From: an uncultured Lachnospiraceae bacterium | Lineage (GTDB): Bacteria; Bacillota; Clostridia; Lachnospirales; Lachnospiraceae | NCBI GenBank assembly: GCA_910583615.1 | Contig: CAJTXP010000006.1 | Location: 31,375-95,374, forward strand | Direction of reading: 5' to 3' | Length of the DNA stretch: 64,000 nt | Shown: in pieces, positions 10,917 through 18,127 of the stretch | Layout of the letters: each line of letters opens with the position of its first letter | Numbering within the stretch: the stretch's first letter is position 1 | Position numbers and translations under genes: made by a program | The notes under the pieces: model-generated | Told to the model about the DNA's origin: nothing | Seen by the model: only the letters and a program-made list of their open reading frames with translations | Databases searched by the model: none

Positions 10917-11131
10917 GTTGCTTTTCACGGGGTGAGTGGTCTACGCTCTAGGCCTCTGTGCTCTGCAGCGCTGTGTGGACTGTATCGGACGCCGGAGCCG
11001 TTATGTCCGTCCCGGGCGAACAAAACTGTCCGAATGGGACGGACATAACGGCTCCGGCGTCCGATACACTCCATACGAGCGCAGAGCACAGAGACCCGGG
11101 GAGCAGCCTTTCCTGCCCCATGAAAAGCAAC
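10917..11131. mobile_element. MITE-like palindromic element, copy 1 (215 bp)
   Basis: Terminal IRs GTTGCTTTTCACGGGG / CCCCATGAAAAGCAAC; flanks CCGGGACA / CTGGAACA (6 of 8 match). Confidence 0.85.
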
Positions 11132-11208
11132 CTGGAACATTTTTCAGGATTTCATGGCATAGAAGGGAAAAGCGTGCTATAATATGTGAGGTAAGGGAGT
11201 GAATAAGT

Positions 11209-11751
11209 ATGCGAGAGGTTCGTCAAGGACAGTTTTACAGACATTTTAAAGACCGCCTGTATCAGGTGGTGGCAGTAGCAGAACATTCAGAGACCGGAGA
11301 ACGTATGGTAGTCTATCAGGCGCTGTATGGGGAGTATCGTGTATATGTAAGGCCTTATGAGATGTTTGTGAGTGAGGTGGATCATGAGAAATATCCTCAG
11401 GTGACCCAGAAATACCGCTTTGAGCTGGTAGAGCCGGGGAACAGGCAGGAAAAAAGCTGCAATGCGGAAATTTCGGAAACGGAATACGATGAGAAAACAG
11501 AAATTCACCAAAATCCTGCTGATGACGGAGCCGTCAATCCGATCCTTCTTGAGTTTCTGGATGCCGAGACGCTGGAAGACAAAATGCATATCATGATTTT
11601 CGGCAGGAACCAGATGGATGACAATCTGCTGAACAGCATCGCCATATCGCTGGATCTGGTGGTGGAGGAAAAAAGCACGGAGGAAAAATATGACGAAATT
11701 CTGAACTGTCTGTCCATGATGGAAAGGTTTGAATGCAATCGTCTCAGGTGA
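11209..11751 (+). CDS. DUF1653 domain-containing protein
   Basis: YRHFK, HSETGE, VVYQALYG, VRPYEMF motifs; TGcTATAAT promoter and GGGAG RBS upstream. Confidence 0.88.
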   Translation: MREVRQGQFYRHFKDRLYQVVAVAEHSETGERMVVYQALYGEYRVYVRPYEMFVSEVDHEKYPQVTQKYRFELVEPGNRQEKSCNAEISETEYDEKTEIHQNPADDGAVNPILLEFLDAETLEDKMHIMIFGRNQMDDNLLNSIAISLDLVVEEKSTEEKYDEILNCLSMMERFECNRLR

Positions 11752-11792
11752 TGTCGCCATGACATAAGAAAAAGAAAAGAGAGGTTTTGAAA

Positions 11793-12629
11793 ATGGCAGA
11801 AAGAGAATGCGGCAGTACAGACTGCACAAAAGAAAGCTGTGAAGGCTGCCCGGGTAAACAGCAGCCGCCAAAGAATATGCTGGAAGAACAGAACGCATAT
11901 TCCAGTATCAAACATGTAATAGGAGTCGTCAGCGGAAAAGGAGGAGTGGGCAAATCTCTTGTCACAGCGTCACTGGCTAATATGATGGCGTCACAGGGTT
12001 ACCGTGTGGGAATTCTGGATGCGGATATTACCGGTCCGTCGATTCCGAAAATGTATGGTCTTCATGGGCCTGCCGAAATGGCAGGAGAGTGTATCCAGCC
12101 GATTTTTACGAAAAACGGCATTGAAGTCATGTCCATCAATCTGCTCCTTCCGGAGGAAGAGGCGCCGGTAATCTGGAGGGGCCCCATTCTGGCCAATATG
12201 GTCAAACAGTTCTGGACGGATGTGGCATGGGGAGAGATTGATTATCTGTTCGTGGATATGCCTCCGGGAACCGGCGACGTTCCTTTGACGGTATTTCAGT
12301 CAATTCCGGTGGAGGGGATCATCGTTGTGACATCTCCGCAGGATCTGGTGCGGCTGATCGTGAAGAAGGCACTGAATATGGCAGAGGCCATGAAGATTCC
12401 AGTGCTTGGTCTGGTGGAAAATTACAGCTACGTAGTCTGCCCGGACTGCGGCAAAGAATATAAGATCTTTGGAGAGAGCGGGATCGACGCACTGTCAGAG
12501 GAACTGGATATACCGGTGCTTGGCAGAATGCCCATTGATCCGAAGCTGGCAGAATCCGCCAATGGAGCGTTTCATGAAGTTGAGAACGAGTATCTGTTAC
12601 AGGCAGAAAATCGACTGATGTTTTTGTAA
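11793..12629 (+). CDS. Mrp/NBP35 family Fe-S carrier ATPase
   Basis: SGKGGVGKS, DADITGPS, WRGP, DMPPGTGD, CPDC motifs; Cys-rich N-terminus. Confidence 0.95.
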   Translation: MAERECGSTDCTKESCEGCPGKQQPPKNMLEEQNAYSSIKHVIGVVSGKGGVGKSLVTASLANMMASQGYRVGILDADITGPSIPKMYGLHGPAEMAGECIQPIFTKNGIEVMSINLLLPEEEAPVIWRGPILANMVKQFWTDVAWGEIDYLFVDMPPGTGDVPLTVFQSIPVEGIIVVTSPQDLVRLIVKKALNMAEAMKIPVLGLVENYSYVVCPDCGKEYKIFGESGIDALSEELDIPVLGRMPIDPKLAESANGAFHEVENEYLLQAENRLMFL

Positions 12630-12648
12630 AGATCTGATAAAATCAGGA

Positions 12649-12721
12649 TCTGCTGCAAAAGGTCCCCGCCCGTCTGTACAGCGTTGCCTGATACACGGGC
12701 AGGGACCTCTTTTGCAGCAGT
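12649..12721. terminator. Long hairpin between convergent genes (probable bidirectional terminator)
   Basis: CTGCTGCAAAAGGTCCC...GGGACCTCTTTTGCAGCAG inverted repeat. Confidence 0.55.
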
Positions 12722-12772
12722 TCCCTTCTGTCTGGCCGAATCCTGCGGATCCGGTCAGGCAGTTTTTTTATA

Positions 12773-13507
12773 TCACCGAATCAGCCAGAAATCTTTCACA
12801 ACGGCAAAAAATTCTCTCAGCAGATTCGTGGGCTGCGTGGCGGGATCACTTCTGGCGGGGATGCCGCTGACATTTTCATAACCCAGTGTTTGGGCCAGAT
12901 GCAGGGCGCGGCAGATATGAAATCCATTGCTGATGATCCCGACAGAAGCGCCGTCAGGGATCAGTTCGCCGGAAAAAATCAGATTTTCACGTGTATTTGT
13001 GGATAATCCTTCCTCAAGGATCCGTTCTTCGGCAATTCCCTTTTCCAGAAGGTACTGCTTCATGGCAGAGCTTTCCGTACAGGGTTCATTGCTGCCCTGC
13101 CCGCCGGAGACAATGATCATGGTGTCCGGGTACTCCAGGGCATATTCATATGCTTTGTCAAGCCGCAGGACGAGTGCCCGGCTGGGTCCTGTGCTGCGTA
13201 CATGGGCTCCAAGGACGATGACGTAATCCTGAGCCTCTTCCGGCATGGTGAGGGATCCCTTCAGGATCATCCCTTCTACCCCCAGAAAAAAAATAAGACA
13301 AACCGAGACGAACAGGATCAGACCGCCTTTTACGGGAAACGGAAGATGCTGGAAAAACCGGATCCGGAACAGCCACCCAAGCAGCAGAAATCCTGCGGAC
13401 ATGAACAGCCATATAAGATAGAAAGCGGAAGTAAGGCCGGTGTACAAAAGCAGCAGTATAAAATAAATGAGACAGAGGATACCGGCAATGGTGCAGATAA
13501 CAGGCAT
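12773..13507 (-). CDS. YdcF/DUF218 family membrane protein
   Basis: IVLGA, RLDKA, VSGGQGSNE, STNTRENL, FHICRA motifs; start ATG 13507 after AAAGGAG. Confidence 0.9.
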   Translation of the reverse strand: MPVICTIAGILCLIYFILLLLYTGLTSAFYLIWLFMSAGFLLLGWLFRIRFFQHLPFPVKGGLILFVSVCLIFFLGVEGMILKGSLTMPEEAQDYVIVLGAHVRSTGPSRALVLRLDKAYEYALEYPDTMIIVSGGQGSNEPCTESSAMKQYLLEKGIAEERILEEGLSTNTRENLIFSGELIPDGASVGIISNGFHICRALHLAQTLGYENVSGIPARSDPATQPTNLLREFFAVVKDFWLIR

Positions 13508-13580
13508 AAAAACTCCTTTCCATAAAAACAAAACAGAATGTACAGTTTTAAGTTTACCACAGACAGGATGATTTTGCATC

Positions 13581-13791
13581 GTTACTTTTCACGGGGTGGG
13601 GCTTGTGCCCTGTGCTCCTGTGCTCTGCGCTCGTATGGAGTGTATCGGACACCGAATTCGTTTTGTCTGCCCCATTCGGACAGGTCTGTTCGCCTGTGGC
13701 GGACAAAACGGCTCCGCTGTCCGCTCCAGTCCACACAGCGCTGCAGAGCACAGAGACCCAGGGCGCAGATCCCCACCCCGTGAAAAGCAAC
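13581..13791. mobile_element. MITE-like palindromic element, copy 2 (211 bp)
   Basis: TIRs GTTACTTTTCACGGGG / CCCCGTGAAAAGCAAC; perfect 9-bp direct repeat TTTTGCATC at 13572-13580 and 13792-13800. Confidence 0.92.
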
Positions 13792-13966
13792 TTTTGCATC
13801 AGATGTTGCGGCCGGAACATGAAAAAAGAATGCCGGTTTTATTATTTTTATGTTACAATAAAGACAACTGCAAAAACAGATGGCCGAATATCATACAGAA
13901 CGGAAAGACAGGCGGAGAAAACCTTCAGAAGGAGACGAAGGTTTTATATAATGTGGGGAGATTGAT

Positions 13967-15037
13967 ATGCAAAAGATACTTGTAGTAGACGATACAGAGT
14001 TGAATCGGGAACTGCTGCATGAAATACTGAAGGATGAATATATCGTAGAAATGGCGGAGGACGGAACGCAGGCGCTGGAAATGCTCCGGGAATCCAGAGA
14101 GAAAGTGGGGGCTCTTCTTCTGGATCTTCATATGCCGGGAATGGACGGGTTTGCCATGATTGCTCACATGAAGGAGAAAGGATGGCTGAAGAAAATCCCG
14201 GTACTTGTCATAAGCAGTGAGAATACCGCGGCTGTAGAGAGCCGGTGTCTGGAACTTGGGGTTTCCGACTTCATTCACAGGCCCTTTGAGAGTTCTGTTG
14301 TCAGAAACAGAGTCCGTAACACAATGGAGCTGTTTGCCAGCAGAAATCAGCTGGAGCAGAAGGTAGAAGTGCAGACAGAGACATTGAAAAGACAGTATCG
14401 GATTATACAGTTGCAGGCGGAAAAACTGCGGGAGGCAAAACCGTTTAATAAACTCATGACAGAATACAGTTCTGCCATCATGGAGCTGGAGACCAGATTA
14501 AAGATACTGAATGCGGAATTTTCCCAGGAATATAACCGCAATCCATTTGAATCGATCAAAAGCCGTCTGAAAACGGCGGCCAGTATCTACGAGAAGCTGG
14601 AGCGGAAAGGTTATCCGATTACGGTAGAGAGTATCCGGGAAAATCTGACGGATGTAGCGGGCGTCCGTGTGATCTGTTCTTTTCCAGACGATATCTATCG
14701 GCTGGCAAAGCTGCTCACAAGACAGGAAGACATGATTCTGGTAAGCGAGAAAGATTATATTAAAAATCCCAAACCGAATGGTTATCGGAGCCTTCATCTG
14801 ATCCTGGATGTCCCGATCTTTCTGTCCAGTGAAAAAAAATATATTAAGGCCGAAGTGCAGTTTCGCACGATCGCCATGGATTTCTGGGCCAGTCTGGAGC
14901 ACAAGCTGAAATACAAAAAGAATGTGGATGATACGGACGAGATTGTGGGCCAGCTGAAGGCATGTGCTGATTCCATTGAACAGCTGGATTATCAGATGCA
15001 GGAGATAAGAAACAGGATTGACCGGTCAAGGATGTGA
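13967..15037 (+). CDS. Response-regulator receiver domain fused to a RelA/SpoT-type (small alarmone synthetase) domain
   Basis: N-terminal ILVVDD, LLLDLHMPGMDG; C-terminal SRLK, DVAGVR, DYIKNPKPNGYRSLH, EVQFRT, WASLEH. Confidence 0.9.
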   Translation: MQKILVVDDTELNRELLHEILKDEYIVEMAEDGTQALEMLRESREKVGALLLDLHMPGMDGFAMIAHMKEKGWLKKIPVLVISSENTAAVESRCLELGVSDFIHRPFESSVVRNRVRNTMELFASRNQLEQKVEVQTETLKRQYRIIQLQAEKLREAKPFNKLMTEYSSAIMELETRLKILNAEFSQEYNRNPFESIKSRLKTAASIYEKLERKGYPITVESIRENLTDVAGVRVICSFPDDIYRLAKLLTRQEDMILVSEKDYIKNPKPNGYRSLHLILDVPIFLSSEKKYIKAEVQFRTIAMDFWASLEHKLKYKKNVDDTDEIVGQLKACADSIEQLDYQMQEIRNRIDRSRM

Positions 15038-15053
15038 TATCAGAAAGAATTAT

Positions 15054-15265
15054 GGTACTTTTCACGGGGTGATGGTCTGCGCCCTGTGCCTGTGTGCTCT
15101 GCGCCTGTATGGAATGGATCGGACACCAAAGCCGTTTTGTCCGTCCCATTCGGACAGGTCTGTTCGTCTGTGACGAACAAAACGACTCCGCTGTGCGCTC
15201 CAGTCCACACAGCGCTGCAGAGCACACAGGCACAGGGCGCAGACCATCACCCCGTGAAAAGTAAC
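15054..15265. mobile_element. MITE-like palindromic element, copy 3 (212 bp)
   Basis: TIRs GGTACTTTTCACGGGG / CCCCGTGAAAAGTAAC; flanks TATCAGAAAGAATTAT / TGTCAGGAAGAATTAT (14 of 16 match). Confidence 0.9.
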
Positions 15266-15301
15266 TGTCAGGAAGAATTATCCGTCGAATAAAAATTTCT
15301 C

Positions 15302-15351
15302 TTTACAAAAGAACACAAGTTCGATATAATGCCCATATAGAACACATGTTC
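15302..15351 (+). promoter_or_regulatory. Sigma-A promoter with two LexA (SOS) boxes
   Basis: -35 TTTACA 15302, 17-bp spacer, -10 TATAAT 15325; GAAC-N4-GTTC at 15311-15322 and 15340-15351. Confidence 0.85.
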
Positions 15352-15366
15352 TGCATGGAGGGAATC

Positions 15367-16674
15367 ATGGAATATCGTATTGAACAGCGGATGGATCTGT
15401 CGCAGAAGCTGGGGATTCTGGCGGATGCGGCGAAGTATGATGTGGCGTGCACGTCCAGCGGGGTGGACCGGAACAATGACGGAAAAGGGACCGGAAACTG
15501 TATCTCTCCGGGGATTTGCCACAGTTTCAGCGCAGACGGCAGATGCATCTCTCTTTTGAAAATTCTGTTTACCAATGAATGTATTTTTGACTGCAGGTAC
15601 TGCATCAACCGCAGGAGCAATGATGTGCCAAGAGCGTCCTTTACTCCCGGGGAAGTGTGTGATCTGACGATGGGATTTTACAGGCGGAATTATATCGAAG
15701 GGCTGTTTTTAAGCTCCGGAATTATGGAGAGTCCGAATCATACGATGGAGCTTTTATATCAGACTCTGTACCGGCTGCGGAATGAATATCATTTTCAGGG
15801 ATATATTCACGTGAAGGCGATTCCCGGCGCTGATCCGGTGCTGATTGAGAGGACAGGCTATCTGGCAGATCGCATGAGTGTGAATCTGGAGCTTCCTACG
15901 GCGGAAGGATTAAAAGCGCTGGCGCCTCAGAAGCAGCGCCAGAAGCTCATAGCGCCGATCCGTCAGGTGAGGCAGATACGGATTCAGAACAGACAGGAAC
16001 TGACGCTCTACCGGCATGCACCGAAGTTTGTTCCTGCCGGACAGTCCACGCAGATGATTATTGGAGCTACCGGGGAGAACGACTGGCAGATTATGAAGGT
16101 GGCAGAACATATGTATAAAAAATATGAGCTGAAGCGGGTCTTTTACTCTGCGTTTCTGCGTGTCAATGAGGACAGCCTTCTTCCTGTGCTGCCGGGAGGC
16201 CCGCCGCTTCTTCGGGAACACAGGCTCTATCAGGCGGACTGGCTTCTGCGGTATTATGGATTTGAGACCGATGAGCTTTTGTCGGAGGAAAAGCCGGATT
16301 TCAACCTGCTTCTGGATCCCAAATGCGACTGGGCGCTCCGGCATCTGGACCGGTTTCCGGTGGAGGTTACGCAGGCGGATTACCATACGCTGCTTCGGGT
16401 ACCGGGAATTGGATACCGGTCTGCAGGACGGATTGTGAAGGCCAGACGGCTGGGGACGATTGATTACGGGAATTTGAAGAAGATGGGGGTGGTGCTTAAA
16501 AGAGCAGTATATTTCATCACCTGCGGCGGAAAACAGATGTATCCGGTAAAACTTACGGAGGATTATATTCTCCGGAATATTCTGGATGGAAAGGAGAAGC
16601 TGCCGCCGGGAGTTAAAAAAGAGCCGGTATATGAGCAGCTGACATTGTTTGATGATCCGCGTTTTTCTGTGTGA
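15367..16674 (+). CDS. Putative DNA modification/repair radical SAM protein (TIGR03916-like)
   Basis: AAKYDVACTSSG, GICHSF, CIFDCRYC, GQSTQMI, REHRLYQADWLLRYYGF, HhH LLRVPGIG. Confidence 0.92.
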   Translation: MEYRIEQRMDLSQKLGILADAAKYDVACTSSGVDRNNDGKGTGNCISPGICHSFSADGRCISLLKILFTNECIFDCRYCINRRSNDVPRASFTPGEVCDLTMGFYRRNYIEGLFLSSGIMESPNHTMELLYQTLYRLRNEYHFQGYIHVKAIPGADPVLIERTGYLADRMSVNLELPTAEGLKALAPQKQRQKLIAPIRQVRQIRIQNRQELTLYRHAPKFVPAGQSTQMIIGATGENDWQIMKVAEHMYKKYELKRVFYSAFLRVNEDSLLPVLPGGPPLLREHRLYQADWLLRYYGFETDELLSEEKPDFNLLLDPKCDWALRHLDRFPVEVTQADYHTLLRVPGIGYRSAGRIVKARRLGTIDYGNLKKMGVVLKRAVYFITCGGKQMYPVKLTEDYILRNILDGKEKLPPGVKKEPVYEQLTLFDDPRFSV

Positions 16675-17419
16675 AGATACGCTGACCGGCATCCTGACAG
16701 GAGTTTATGATGCGTGGGACAGCAGGCTGGGACATGAGAACGTAAGACTTCAGTCCGGTGGTTATGAGAATATGGAGCTGTTCTGCGAATACGCAGAAGT
16801 GCCGCCCGATCTGGAAAAGGCAGACAGAGTGCTTCGTACCATACGGACCCGTCTGGGAGAGGAGGCATATGAGATGATTGCCTATGCGGCGGCATATCCC
16901 CATGCAGGGAAAGCAGATGCCATTTACCGGATGATCGTGGTGGGGCTTCATCTTGCTGACGGACAGAAGGTCAGCGGGATGCTGACGCATCCGGATGTGC
17001 GTCTGGTATTCGAACTCCGGAGAAAGGCATGGCATATTGCGCACCGGTATATGGGCTTCGTGCGGTTCCGGGAATTGAAAAACGGCGTGCTGTTTTCCGG
17101 AATTGAAGCAGAGGCGGATGTGCTGGCGTTGATTGCTCCGCACTTTGCAGACCGTCTTCCGCTGGAAGACTGGGCGATCTATGACAGGAGCCGCAGGAAA
17201 GCGGCGGTTCATCCGGCAGGGAAGGGCTGGGTGATCCTGGAAGATGCAGAAGAAGCTTTTGCGGGACTTCAGGAGTTAGAGGAAGAGTCCCGTTTTGATC
17301 GGCTCTGGAAGATTTTCCACAGGGCTGTGGGGATCGAGTCCAGGTCGAATCAGCAACTTCAGATGTCGTTTCTTCCGAAAAAATTCCGTCCGTTTATGAA
17401 TGAATTTATGGATTGTTAG
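16652..17419 (+). CDS. Putative DNA repair partner protein (TIGR03915/DUF4130-like)
   Basis: Overlaps the radical SAM gene; HRYMGFVRFREL, APHFADRLP, WAIYD motifs. Confidence 0.88.
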   Translation: MIRVFLCEDTLTGILTGVYDAWDSRLGHENVRLQSGGYENMELFCEYAEVPPDLEKADRVLRTIRTRLGEEAYEMIAYAAAYPHAGKADAIYRMIVVGLHLADGQKVSGMLTHPDVRLVFELRRKAWHIAHRYMGFVRFRELKNGVLFSGIEAEADVLALIAPHFADRLPLEDWAIYDRSRRKAAVHPAGKGWVILEDAEEAFAGLQELEEESRFDRLWKIFHRAVGIESRSNQQLQMSFLPKKFRPFMNEFMDC

Positions 17420-17629
17420 AAGCAGAGAAAATATGCCTTAATTTTTAAATTTTGTAAAAACTGTCAAAAAATAAAAGGGGAGAACCGGGGGAAAAATAAA
17501 AAGGATGTGAAGAAGAAAAGCCTGATTTTCAGGGGGGATCGGCTTATTTTATAAAAATAAAAGGGGACGTTTTACAGGGAATTATGCAGATTATACAGAA
17601 ATCACTGTCGAAAATCAGATGGATGAGAT

Positions 17630-17657
17630 TTGACAGATTATGAAAGATGAGTATAAT
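17630..17657 (+). promoter_or_regulatory. Sigma-A promoter of the HPr-like gene
   Basis: TTGACA-N16-TATAAT. Confidence 0.7.
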
Positions 17658-17725
17658 AAATTTCACAATCACATATTGAACAGACATAATTTTGTAACCG
17701 ACACAGTATCAGTTTATGGAGGAGC

Positions 17726-17959
17726 ATGACCACGATGCGGGAGATGAAGATTAAGCTCAGTGTAAGTGATGTAAGTGACTTTGTAAATGCGGCAACAGAA
17801 TGTGATTTTGATATTGATTTAAACTACAACAGAATTCTGATTGACGCGAAATCCATTCTCGGTGTGATGAGTATGGACCTGAACAACGTGTTGACTGTAA
17901 AATGCTATGGTGAGAATCCGGAATTTGAAAGCTTTTTACAGAAATATGCCGTTGCATGA
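17726..17959 (+). CDS. HPr-family protein lacking the catalytic His15
   Basis: IDAKSILGVMSM (Ser46 motif); 77 aa; GGAGGAG RBS; no His in the sequence. Confidence 0.85.
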   Translation: MTTMREMKIKLSVSDVSDFVNAATECDFDIDLNYNRILIDAKSILGVMSMDLNNVLTVKCYGENPEFESFLQKYAVA

Positions 17960-17994
17960 ATCAGCCAGTTTCTATGTTTTGTACCCTATAAATA

Positions 17995-18032
17995 CCCCCT
18001 TTAAAGACAGTTCCTTTTGGAACTGTCTTTTC
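17995..18032 (+). terminator. Intrinsic terminator
   Basis: AAAGACAGTTCC-tttt-GGAACTGTCTTT followed by Ts. Confidence 0.7.
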
Positions 18033-18127
18033 CATGTACAAAAAGAAAGAACACATGCTATAATGGGGACTATAATGCCGCTGACAGGAGAGAATTATCC
18101 GGGCAGGGAAGGAAATAAAAAACAGTT

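Noticed and set aside
18049..18060. Possible LexA box GAACACATGCTA before the DinG-like helicase
   Set aside because: The right half-site has two mismatches and is explained by the TG-N-TATAAT promoter element; too weak to call
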